From positions 1,364,001 through 1,428,000 of the forward strand of contig JAYWIR010000017.1 of assembly GCA_036172245.1 (NCBI GenBank): a DNA stretch of 64,000 nt, read 5' to 3'. Source of the DNA: Raillietiella orientalis. Taxonomy: Eukaryota. Made by a program: the position numbers and the translations under genes. The notes under the pieces were generated by a model that made no database searches, had not been told where the DNA came from, and worked only from the letters and a program-made list of their open reading frames with translations. Positions 53,174-64,000 of this stretch are shown here, piece after piece. Position 1 is the stretch's first letter; each line of letters begins with the position of its first letter.

Positions 53174-53605
53174 AACATTCCCGTGGCAATCGGCGAGGAG
53201 GCGGAAGGAGGCGCGACCAACCCCTGCCTTCCATCGGGGGCGCCCTCGCCGCTCCCAGAGATGGAGCCACCGGCCGCGCAGGTGCCCTGCGCGCTGGCAG
53301 GCGGTGGCGCGAGGTCTCCTTGCGAGCCGCCTCCGCCGTCGCTCTCGTCGTCCGCCTCTCCCAGCAAGGGCAAAGGCGGCGGTCGCACGCGCTCCGGGAC
53401 GTGGTCCGCCTACTCGCGCCAGCTGCTTCTCGGGAGCGGCAGCGGCGCCAGACAGAGGAGGAAGTCCAGCAACGACGCGGTGGAGGCCAAGGCAGGGCGG
53501 CTGTCGCAGATCCTCGACAGCTTCCGCCCGCGGTCCAAGTCGGACGCCACCAGGCAGAGGAAACCCAATGTCTTCACCCTGGTGTCAAAGAAGACTCCTG
53601 CCGAG
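53174..53605 (+). CDS. SNF4Agamma: Exon of AMP-activated protein kinase gamma subunit, long N-terminal extension (…ILDSFRPRSKSDATRQRKPN…)
   Basis: Pyrimidine tract + TAG acceptor ending 53173; donor GAG|GTCAGT at 53605/53606; phase 0/0; in-frame ATG at 53261. The motif LDSFRPRSKSDA..KPN matches the arthropod SNF4Agamma/PRKAG2-like N-terminal region as I recall it. Confidence 0.72.
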
Positions 53606-56600
53606 GTCAGTACAGCTCCCCTCCCTCGTTTCTCGGAGGCGTTCCCGACGTCCTCTCTCCACCTCCCTTCCCCTCTCCCCTCCCTGCCCCACCCGCGTCT
53701 CTTCGCGCGGAGTCGACGGGAACAGGAAGGAGAGGGAGGAGACGATGCGCGTCCGGGAAGACCTGCCCGCTCTCCACCCTCTCCATTCACGTGGCCAATG
53801 TGGAGGCAGGCCAAACCACCCACCACGGGAACATCCTCCTACCCTTTTTCCGGGAGGGAGCGTAGGGAGTTAGCTGGGCCCAACGGTTTTACCGAAGAGG
53901 TGAGGGCGGGCTCCCCGTTCCTTGAATGCCTTCCTTTTCCGCACGCTCACGCCAGACGCACCAGGCCTTCCCCGCATTCCTCTATTTAGAGCAGAGAATT
54001 CCCTTCGTGGGAGTGGAGAGGGAAGGCGAACCTTCCTCGTACCCAGATGCACTCAACTGCTCGTCCCTCACCTCTTTCTTCCCTTCCGGAAGAAACGGGG
54101 AGAGAGGAAGAGGGGAAAGGGAAAGCAGGAGAGCCTGCTAGGTTGCGCAGCGCTCCTCTCCCCTCCTCCTCTTCAAGCTCTCCCGGAGAGCGACTGGCGA
54201 GTCCTTGGGACAATTTCCAGCCTCACATCGATTTCCTCACGCGCGCCCCCTTTTCTTCATGGAAGGTTTCTTCATAGTTCTGTGTCCCTCGAGGAGATGG
54301 CTCTCGCCTTCCCATGCACTGCAGGGACAGCGAGCAGCGCATGCACCCTGTTCGCTCTGGTGACGTTCGTGATGTACCCGGACGGAGGAATAAAGTGGCC
54401 CTGCGCATGTGCAGCTTTGTCAGGAGTGTGATGCGCCCCTCCCCTCTCCTCTTCTCATGCCGCCTCTGATCGTCGTCCAGAAGTCGGGAAGCATTCTCGA
54501 AACAGGCACTTACTTAATGGAGACGGGAGAAAGCGATTCGTGGGAGGACTGTGAAATGGGGGAGGAACGAATGGCCCCTGCGAGGAGCTAGCGCTGACTT
54601 TCTTCCTCAGTCGCCCGTCTGCCTCCTGCTTTTGTTGCTTGCTTCCGCTTCCCGGCTTCCGTGGGCGCGCTTCCTTCCGTGTCCCGCCTGCACGAAATAG
54701 TCGTTTTCGGAATTCCCGTAAGTGCTCCCTCACATGCAGACCGCTCAGGTCGCACCTATGCTTCTCCTCCACTTAGGGAGTTTTTTTTTTTTTTTTCCAT
54801 CGAGGCGAGATGCTCCAGATTCTCTCGGAGGAAACAAGTGGCACCGCATCGCCGAGGGGTGGCTGTCTGCGTGCAGCAGATGGGTCGGTAAGACGTTCGC
54901 AAAGCTTTCTGCCTCTTCTAAGGGAGAGAGAGGATGAGGAAATGGAAGGCAAGCGTAAAAAGAACACCCGTGTAGGAGAAATTTCGGTAAGGCTCGAGGA
55001 GAGCGCATCCAGGTAGCGCGGGAAGATTTCTTGTCGGGAATGCTGCGGAAGCTGGAAACAAGGAGTCGCCAGGAAGAGACACGGAAGGAAAAGGAGGCGA
55101 CTGGCAAAGCCACTGGGAGCGGACAAACGAGTGCGTGCGAGACGGAATCAAAGCAGCTGTAGCTCCAGGAAAAAGTGGCGCAAGGAGATGAGAACGGAGA
55201 AGCCGCTTTTTTTTTGTGTGTATTTTTGCTTTCCGTTTTGCGAACATCGAAGATGCCTGAGCCAAGCACGCCCGATGTTCTCGCTATTAGAGCTTCTCTT
55301 GTTGCGAAGCCCGAGCGTCCCCTTCCGTGCCTCAAGTGTTCCAAACCTCCTCCGTGATACACGTCGCTTGCTCGGGAGTCATTCTACCGGAGCTGCTGTT
55401 GGCGTGCAGATGCAAGGGCACGTTCTTCGAGCTTCGGCAAGCAGCGGCGTCGCCGTCAGGCAGCTGGCAGTTTGGAGTTCTCCATCGGAAAGCCCCGCTG
55501 AACAGACTCTATTGAGGACGCTGAGGAATGGCAGGGGAAAGATACTGGGTCAACGACAGCGAGCGCCAGTATCCTTCCCCTGCCATTCAAAGAAACTGCA
55601 CCAAGAGACCACCAGCTCAATGGAGGTGGAACTCGGATCTGCGGACGGAACCGTGGTGTTCGCTCGTTATCGGGGCAGTGCGGAAAGTTCAAAGAACACG
55701 TTATTCATCTGCTGCTCCCGGAAGCTGGGATTCTACCCGCTTGCTCAGCTGTCTTTGGCGATCGGCTGTACCAGAAACGGGTAACTAGCGACGACTGCTT
55801 TAGTGGTTCACTCGAGCACGCCGGAATGAGTCAAAGAGAGAGGCACGAATAGGTTTTCTCCGAAATTTTCTGGAAAATTAACACCGGACGCTTGCGGAAC
55901 AGGGCAAAGCACTCAGGGAACTTTCCCCTCTGCGATGATGATTCTGGTATCCCTGGCCAACAGCGAGTTTCTTTTTTCAGTGCGTCTCCTCGCTGTGGCG
56001 CTGCTCTTTTCCGGGTCACCAAGATCTGCAGCGTCGTATCCAAGGCATTGCAACAAACGGGTGATTTTCTTTCCCTGTCCTGCTCTTGTGTTAGAGGAAG
56101 TTCCTGTTGGTACAGAACCGTGCTACAGAACGTGTTCCGCTGTGCCCCTGAACTCATGCGTCTCAGAAGGGTCGGAACAGCCTCAGATATGATCAACGAA
56201 GCTTCAGAAGGCGAGAGCACATCAACCGAGCTGCCGTTGCTAAGGGACGAAGATTCCTGGATGAGGTTTTGCAGAGTCCGAGAGCATGCGTGCGCTCGAG
56301 TGCGAAGATCAGATGGGTGCATTCCAGTAGGACGACTTTGGCAGTGACTTGGAAACTCATATCTGGAATTCCTGTCTGAGCCACCGTGTTTCATTCTCGG
56401 CCTTTGCAAGCCCACAAGAATCGATTGGATTGATGAAGGCTCAGCTGACACGATTCGCCCTAGTGATGCGGTAATCTAGGTGCGGGGTAGTGGCCACGTG
56501 CAAGTCGACTAAAGGTTCGTTTCGGACGCATCACGGCAGCAGTCAGGACAAAAGGTCGGCCAGTCGGAAACCCGAAGAGGATGGGTGGAGAGAAAGATCG

Positions 56601-56899
56601 AAGATGATCGTTGAGGATTATGTACTCTCTTGTATTGGGAAGAGCATCTTTTGCGTAAGACAGAAGAGAAATGCATTTGAGTTGGCTATACGGAGGACGA
56701 GCAGCTAAGTGGTCAGCAATTAAGGAAAGATTTCAGGACAGAGTTGACATAACAGCAAAAAAAAAAAAAAAAATCCTTAGAATGTGCTTGAGAGCGGGAA
56801 CCGGAAGTTCATGTCGGATCTGCTCAACGCTAGGCATCCTCTACCGAGAGAAAGTACCTATCCTTTTCGACATGGATTTTGGGAACCTCTGGCTCCTCT

Positions 56900-57660
56900 T
56901 TCGCCTCGTTCTCTGAGACTTCCTCCATTGCTCTTTCGACCATGCCACGTGATTTGCGCCCCCCTCTTTCCTTCGGCGAAGGAAATCCACGACGACCGAC
57001 CCAACACGCGACTCGCCATCCGACCTTCGTGGACATCAAGGAAGTCTGACAGATCCTTCGCTGAAGAACGCGTCCTGGAGCTGGTCTCTTGCGGCTAAGA
57101 TGCTGCTTTTCGCATCCGTGAGCCAGAGACGCTGCTTCGCAAGGACTGGCCGCTCTTCTGCTATAGGGCGTTTCAGGCGAAAGTATTTCTCCAGACGGCC
57201 CAGGTTTCGTCGAAGGAGGGGGGGAGGAGGCATGCCATGTAAACTCTGGAAGAAGACAAGCATTCCAGCGGATGGCGAGGAGCATTGGAGGATCAGCTTG
57301 CAAATTTGTCCAGCAGTCCTCGCAAGTGTTGCTTACGGGATTGCGGCTTCCCACCTACACTGTGAAGGGATTCCAAGGAATCCCCTGATCCTGGGTCGGG
57401 AAGGAGAACTTCCTGACCACGCAGGATTCCGGTTGCTCCCGCACTTGCGTGCTCACGGCAGAACTTTTCCTGCAACTCCCGTGGTCTCTTAGGCAGGTGA
57501 TCGCGCGGCTTTCCTCAGGTGCTGTCGCGCTCGCGCGGAAGGACGTGCGCGAGATCGGTCTCACAAAATGTTTGGAATGCTTTCTAAGCCACGCCTCCCT
57601 GTTGTGCGAGAAGTCAGGAGCGAATTTCGATCGCTGGACCATAAACGTGTCGTCCCGGAA
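56900..57660 (-). mobile_element. Degraded Ty3/Gypsy integrase core fragment
   Basis: Relics RDHG...STQVREQPES...GIPWNPF...NT and PMLLAIR...TWHASSP, in integrase order. Confidence 0.35.
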
Positions 57661-57697
57661 GACTCTTCCAGTCACCACGGATTTTCGTTTCTTGCAG

Positions 57698-57859
57698 TTG
57701 CCAAGTACTCCTGTGTCCTCGAAGCTGAAGCTGATGGAGCAGGTCTGGAGGCCACGCTCTGATTCAGATAGCAGCAGCAAAGGCGCGGTGGCCAAAGTGA
57801 TGCACATGTTCCGAAGAAGATCGTCTAGCATGAACGAAGACAAAAGAGGAAACTGGCCG
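57698..57859 (+). CDS. SNF4Agamma: Next exon of AMPK gamma-like gene (LPSTPVSSKLKLMEQVWRPRSDSDSSSKGAVAKVMHMFRRRSSSMNEDKRGNWP)
   Basis: TTTTCGTTTCTTGCAG acceptor ending 57697 and CCG|GTGAGT donor at 57859/57860. 162 nt, phase 0/0, splices in frame to exon 53174-53605. The RPRSxSD...V.KVM..FRxRS..EDKR pattern follows the RPRSKSDA motif in arthropod AMPK gamma long isoforms. Confidence 0.75.
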
Positions 57860-57869
57860 GTGAGTACCC

Positions 57870-60800
57870 CGCGATGCTATAGAACTTTGGGGACTTTGGT
57901 GAGGACAGAGTTCCCAACGTTCTCTCGTCCGCGGGAAGACGTTCGGAACTCCTATCTCCAGATGAGTTCACTCGTCGGATCCTCTCCCGACCTTGTCATC
58001 ACAAAGGGCGCGTGGCGACAAGATCCCGTGCAGTGGGAACTCGGAGGTGTGACAACCCACGTGCCGGAGAGGAAAAAAAAAAAAAAACGCGAGTGTCTGT
58101 TCTCGGAAAGTCTCAGCAGGAAACCCGGTCCTTGAGGGAAAGAACAGAGGTGTTTCTGCGTGCATCATCCACCCATCTTTTTTGCGCGTCCGAGTGAAGC
58201 TTCAGCTACATAGTGGGTTCCCTTTCGTCACCCGAGAGCCAAGAAAAAACGGTTCGCGCGCGTCATGGCGACGGCTAGATCTTCTCTCTTCTTCCCAAGC
58301 GCAGCACAGATTTTTTTTGTGTGTGCGTGTGTGTACTGCTGTGCGTGCGGTCCGCTTTTCGGCTGTGAAGCTGGGATGGACATCTCTCGTGGTCCAGGAA
58401 CAGCAGGTCTCTACAAAGTTCGCCTCTGTGACCTGCACAACGGGTGTTTGCTGAAGAGGAACTTTGCGCGGCAGAATCACGAGAAGAACTCTTAACCTTG
58501 CGATGGCGGGTTTCGCGCGCGATCGGGAAAAAAGAGGAGACTGGCAGCAGCGGTGCAGACCCGCAAGATGGAGAAGATACGGAAGCCCTCGCGGATCGCG
58601 GGGGACGCTGGAGCAGAGGCGACCACATTCCAGGCTTCGTCTCTGGTCCCACTCTCAGGCTTCGAAGCGAAACTCCACCGAGACGTCCACGTGCCACCAA
58701 CCACCGGGGCCTCCGCGCACTTCCCGGTCCACGTTCCCGGAGAGAAGTTTCCGATTGCGACTCTGGCCGTTCGCGGAATGGGGGAAAGATGCCTGGATCC
58801 GTTCCGCAGGGATGACAGTGATGCTGGCAGCTCTCCGTGGTGGATGCTGGAGGGGCCAGCTAGATGCAAATGGGAACCGCTGCTATGAGCTCTGCCGGAA
58901 GAGGGCGCTCGTCTCCGCGGTGCCATAACTCCCAGATGCCACCGGCAGCATCCGTGAATCATCAGCTGAGCGCATGTGGAAGCGAAGGGGGAGGGATGAA
59001 AGCGAGATGAGAAGCAGCCTCTCGATAGAGCTCCGGAGCGTACGGGTTGATGAGAACAGCGCAGAGAAGAAGAACGTGGTCCATTTCAGATGGAGGAGGG
59101 AAGCAAGTGGGCATCCAGCTAGCAGACAGCTTGGAAGGCATTTCGCTGTTCTTTTCCCTGCTTGAGAGGCGTTCCGCACGGGAATCCCGCGGAAGCAGGA
59201 CGATGTTAAGGAAAGGAGAAGGAAGGATTGGTGTTTTTGTTTCCACAAAAAAAAAAAGCAGAGGAGCACCGGGGGCTGACCTTAGTGAAGGCCATTAGAA
59301 GACAAAAGAGTTGAGTCAGAAACAGGAAGGAAAAGCACGCGAACTAGGCAGGAACATTGGGAAGGGCGCGCAGTCTCCCTGCTGCAGCCGAAAACAATTA
59401 AAAGAGTGAGGGGATCCATCCTAACCGTGAGAAGAGTTCGGATAAGATTTGTCGCTCACCGAAACCAGAAACCGGTTTTAGATCTGCCTCGCGATGCGGG
59501 GCGGAATGAGGAACGCGGGTTTCCCATCATTCCGTGAGGACCGACAGAGTCGTCGCACCCATTTGGGGAGGAACGGGAATTTCTCTCGGCAAACACCAGA
59601 GCCTCCGGGAGATCCGGAAAGGGAAACTTGAACCCGCCCTCCATCACGGTTCCTTTCTTTCAAAGACGTCCATCCGCTCTACTTGAGAGCCGTTCTGCTG
59701 CGTCGCTGGGAGTTACGAGATCATAAAGCCATTCAGTGGGAATGATCTCTTCCACGGCTCTTGGAAAGAGAAGATCCGCATTCCCTCGCATCTCTCGGAC
59801 TCTTCTTGCAAAGGGGAACGTGAAAACTCGCCCGGAAGAAGCCGGAACACGAAGTGGCCCCACCTTGCACCAGGCGGCGCTGCTCGGCACGCGTGTTCCT
59901 CCCAACTTCCACCATACCCTTCACAGCACGGAGTGCCTTCTGCAGGAGACCTACCGATGCCTCGCGAATCCACCTGCCGACCCGGAACAGGGAATTCTGG
60001 GTGTTTTTCGTTTCTTTCTTTTTGCTGTTGCTGTCTTTACGGGCGGCCCTGCAGGAGCGACTCTTCGACACCTCTTCCTCTTCATCGCCTACCTGTGCTG
60101 ATCTCTGGAACCAGGTCGAATATCTCTCGAATGACCGGCGTTCCTTTTTCTCCCTGCAGTGCGCTTGGATCCCGAACAGGAGATTCCCGGCTTCCCTTCT
60201 ACCACGGTTTGGAAATTTCCAACAGACCTAGGCTGTTATTCTGACCACATGGGAGCCACGGCCCATTCTCTTGCCACGCCGTTCCGCCGATCATGTTTTC
60301 TCGATTGCCCTGCGCAGCATCTGTTCTGTATTTTTTTTTCTCTTTCTGAGGAGAGAGAGGCTGTGCTTTCTTTTTCCTGGATCTTTTCCACGTAGAAAAA
60401 TTCCCGATTGGTAACACGGCACCGTTCCCTGCTGTGACCTTCCCACTCCAAGACCCATCTCTTCCTTTCCTGCCTCTCGTTCGGACCGCACCTAGGTTCT
60501 TTTCCATCCCTGGATCTTTCCCTCGTACTCCTGGTCCAGCTTCCGAAGGGACAGCTCCCGTTCAAGCTGCCGACAAACCCGACCGGAGCCACGGAACTTC
60601 GTGGCTCGAGGACCGAAACAGCGCGCGAAAAGTGCGTGATCTGGCAACCCTGATCGGTGTCGGGCGATGCTCGCTGAGCGCGAGGCCGTCGCCGCCATCG
60701 GGATGGTTTTCAGTCTTCCCTGTCCGGCAGCTGCGCTTCACTTGGAGTTCTCTAGGAGAGTCCGGTCGCTGCGAAAAGCCGCAGACAGGATCTGATCAGG

Positions 60801-60900
60801 CAGGTCCTTTGAAATGGCCGTGGGGGCTGCATCTTCCCCGTCACTGGCGCTGCACCGAAGGCGGAGCACGTCCGCTCTGCAGCCCCTCGGGCACACTCAG
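57870..60900 (-). mobile_element. Degraded Ty3/Gypsy element (gag, RNase H, integrase traces)
   Basis: FTDAAGG (TDAS-like, ~58935-58957), SSIHHGELPASLSSLR, RW..EFRF..NVVASAP (NVVADALSR-like, ~58605-58700), and integrase zinc-region and linker relics (~57900-58300). Confidence 0.55.
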
Positions 60901-61039
60901 TGGCAGCGTGGCCGGCTTTTCTCAAGCGAGCGGTTGGGCGTGACCTCGACGAAGGGCGCCAGAAAGGACCCCGAACCCGACAGGGACGGCTCGCTCGCGA
61001 CCGCGGCGGAGACGGTAGTCCTTCCCACGGGGCAGGTCG

Positions 61040-61645
61040 CCTCGGAGGCCACGTGGCTGCGGTCTCCGCGCGTGGAGCCGAACGTTGCGAGTCTCGGCAG
61101 GAGAAGTATCAACGTCGAGAACGGGGGGGGGAGGGGTGCGTCGTGGGTTCGAGTTCCTCCCGCGAGGTGATGCTGGTTGTCCTATCTTCGGGTGCAACAC
61201 TGTTGGAAGCTGAAAAATCGGATGCCCCCCGATGAGTGGCCGGGATTGGGAGTCGAGCCTCCGGGGTCCTTCCATGAATCGAGGAGTCGGGTTCATTTCG
61301 GGGCTTCCCTGCGGTTGTGCAAAGGAGACGTCCCTCCCTCTAGGGGTGGACCCTCCATCTCGTACCAGGGAGCTGGCCTCTCCAGTGTGCAAAGAAGCGC
61401 ATTGTTCCCTTCGGGGAAGCTCCCCTTCAGAGAAACTGGGAATTCGGGGTTCTCTTCAGAGAAGGAAACAGGGAGTGGATCTTTTGCGGGTGCCCTCCGG
61501 GGAAGAAACAAAGAAGCGGTCCCCTCCAGGGGTTCCTCCGGAAAGAATAAGGAAGGAGGTTCCCTTCAGGAACCACCCCCAGGCGTGAGAGGAAGGAACT
61601 CCCTTCTCCTGAGCCCTACCTGGATTCATAGAGTGGTCCCCTCCC
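61040..61645 (+). mobile_element. tRNA-derived SINE-like element, copy 2
   Basis: Reverse-complement homolog of 10950-11705; conceptual translations GFSSEKETGSGSFAGALRGRNKEAVPSR and GFSSKEETGSGSLVGALREKNKEAVPSR align. B-box-like GGTTCGAGT at 61146-61154. Confidence 0.65.
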
Positions 61646-61899
61646 GGCGTACTCCCTATCTTGGAGATGTCCCATGCAGAGAGGCCGCGGATACTTCACG
61701 CATCTTGTCGGGAGGAGAGGTGACGTCTCTTCGGAGGCGGTGACGGAGGGAACGAGGGGTGGGAGGGGGAAGGGGGCTGCTCCTGGGAAAGAGGCCGCGC
61801 GAAGGTAGGCCGGGTCACAGGTTCGGGAACGTGCCGGCGAGAGCCCGCAGGGAACGCCGAGAAGAGACGGAGCGCGCGGCGGCAGCCCGCGGGCGCGTC

Positions 61900-63500
61900 T
61901 CCCCTCGAGATCGCGGTGTCCGTAGCCGCGCAGCTGTCGTCTCCCGCGCTCGACCCACCCTCGCAGACGCCAAGAGGGAAAAAGCAATCGCGCTCTCAGG
62001 CGGCGAGCATTGCGGGCTGCTGACGCAAGAGGCGCAGGAGTTTCGCGGCGCGTATCACCCCCAGAGAGAGGTTCCCGCCCTTCCCGATCGGACGCACGAA
62101 GTTCTTGCTGCCGCGTCCCTCCGGTGGAGCCTCCGTCCGTCGCGCGGTGGTCCTGGGGATTCCGATTCCAACCACCCACCGGCGACTCCCCTGGCTCTTC
62201 TTGAGCACGTGGAGTGGCTGGCGGGAGAAGATGGCTGCCACCGCCGCCGCCGCCGAAGCAGAGAGCGTTTCCTACTTCCTGCTTCGGTAGCCAAAGGCGC
62301 GGGAGCTGGAAAGAACGCCTGCGGAGGCGGACGGTTTCCGGAGCTCGCGGAGCGGTCCGCTGTCGGTCGCATCGGTTCGTCCCGCCGATACGAAGAGGAT
62401 GCCGTGCGGGAAGCAGTGCAGGGCGGGACGACCAACCTTCCTCCCTCGGAACGCGAGCAGCGGAGCCGCATGCGCGAGGCTGCCCAGTGGATCCGCGAGT
62501 GCGTGGATCGGCCAGGTGCAGGAGGCGGAGGCGGACCTCGTTGACTCTGCCCCGCGTTGACGGTTTCGCAGCATCCACGGCGGTTTTTTCCTCCTTCCTC
62601 CTTTCCTCCTCGATCCTGCTTGGCGGCTGGCGATCCTGCAGCCGCAGGACATCCACACCCAGCCGCCCTCCCCGTGCCAAGTCAGCTGCGAAGAGTCCTG
62701 TGAAGTTTTCCAGAACGATCTGTGGGGTCACCCGGATCGACTGTCGACGTCGATGTCCATTGTCGATGCTTCCTCCCGGATCACATCCAGAAGGGGAGCT
62801 CGTTGCGAGGGGCCGCGTGCCAGCGCTCCTCGCGGCGCACAAAGAGCGACCATGCGACCTGCGGATGCAACTTATGTGCGCATGGAGCTTAGAGACGAAT
62901 CGGTTGGTCCTTTGCTCCTGAGATTTCTTGCGTACTGATCCCCCCCCCCCCTTCCTCCCGCTGCAGAAACGACGGTCTGCGCTCCTCGGAACGCGTGCAT
63001 TGCTGATGGAACTGCGGACGAAAATTCATTTTTGATCTGCGCTCGGGCAGGGAGGATTGCGTGACGCCATTCTTCCTCTCTAGGAATGGACTGCGATCCC
63101 TGTCGCATCCCGAGGTTGTGAGACCCAGATGAAAAATTATGAAGATCATGCCGCGATCCCACTTTAATTACCGCGTTCGTTCTTTCCGGAATTTCCGTCG
63201 CCTGTCGCAGTGGATTCATGATAATCCGGTTGATCTTAAGGAAGGCCTTCCCGTTCACCCCGGTGCGAGAGAAGAAATTCGAGTGAAACGAATCTGTGAG
63301 CAAAGAGGGCCCCGTACCCTTTCATCGGGCAGTAGTGGACGTGGGGCCGGCATTGCGTTTGGTGCTGTTGCGCCCAAGGCGGCGGACGTGCAAGCAACGT
63401 GTGTTGTTTCGTCAGCGGTTCGATGATAATCGTAAGACAACAACCAAGTGGATGCGAGCAGCTTGCCGTTCTCGATGATGCATTCTCAATTTTAGGGATT
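61900..63500 (-). mobile_element. GC-rich degraded Ty3/Gypsy RT remnant
   Basis: IVLENFTGLFAADL...GQPRAC and RKPSASAGVLSSSRAFG match the protease-RT linker, G..RLC and KTAF..MPFG regions. Confidence 0.45.
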
Positions 63501-63916
63501 ATCCACTGAATATTCAAAGCTTTAAACGGTAAATGACGATGACTCCTTCGCATTAGTTGATTCACGTGGAACGCGGGGAAGATGCACGGGACACGCGTCC
63601 TTCCCCTACAAGCGATTCGATTTTCAGAACGTCGGGCAGATGTTCTTTGAAAAAAAAAAAAAAAAAAAAGTCATCTTTGAAGTTTTTAACGTATTTTTGC
63701 CTCGGAGTAAGAGAGCAGCGTGTTTCTTTTTACTCCACCGCGGGTTCTTTCCCGATGCCAAGTAACTTCCGTTTTTCGTCGCGTCGTGTCGCTGCGCGCG
63801 TGCAACAATATGGCGCGTAAACGCGCCTGTAGCCATATTTGCTAAAGCAAACTGCATTAAAATGAAAGAAATCAATGCTCCATATGTGATATGTGTGTGT
63901 GTTTTTTTCTTTCCAG

Positions 63917-63941
63917 AAGTCGCAGTCAATGAATGTCGCAG
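63917..63941 (+). CDS. Candidate 25-nt microexon (KSQSMNVA+G) continuing the AMPK gamma-like gene
   Basis: TTTTTTTCTTTCCAG acceptor ending 63916 and consensus donor CAG|GTAAGT at 63941/63942. The phase-0 start is compatible with the exon ending at 57859. Confidence 0.42.
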
Positions 63942-64000
63942 GTAAGTCCGCTACGAATTCTCGGGAACGGAACGTGTTTGGGGAGAAGCGGAGGGGGGGG

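Noticed and set aside
51825..53270. 481-aa minus-strand ORF
   Set aside because: Arg/Pro/Gly-rich shadow ORF in GC-rich DNA, overlapping the plus-strand exon and a LINE endonuclease relic; no coherent domain.
61616..62842. 408-aa minus-strand ORF as a functional gene
   Set aside because: Only patchy, degenerate Gypsy RT similarity with no intact catalytic motif; treated as a TE relic.

Overview
Eukaryotic (probably arthropod) genomic DNA, not a prokaryotic contig. It has spliceosomal GT-AG exons, poly-A/T runs, microsatellites and dense, heavily decayed transposon debris. The only host gene I can support is the 5' part of a + strand gene resembling the long N-terminal extension of arthropod AMPK gamma (SNF4Agamma/PRKAG2-like). 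It is seen as frame-compatible exons at about 13.5-14.1, 22.6-23.1, 53.2-53.6 and 57.7-57.9 kb, plus a candidate 25-nt microexon at 63.9 kb; the CBS domains are not in the window. The introns and upstream DNA hold degraded Ty3/Gypsy, LINE, Helitron, SINE and DNA-transposon remnants, mostly antisense to the gene. The most unusual signal is a ~0.6 kb AT-rich patch at 5.58-6.18 kb. It reads like bacterial insertion-sequence pieces: an IS110-like transposase N-terminus followed by two nested IS630-like left ends, each with a TATAAT box, a Shine-Dalgarno-like site and an M..YSxDL start. This suggests endosymbiont (Wolbachia-like) DNA integrated in the host genome. All family assignments come from motif recognition by eye, not database searches. 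Most ORFs in the supplied track are GC-rich shadow ORFs.
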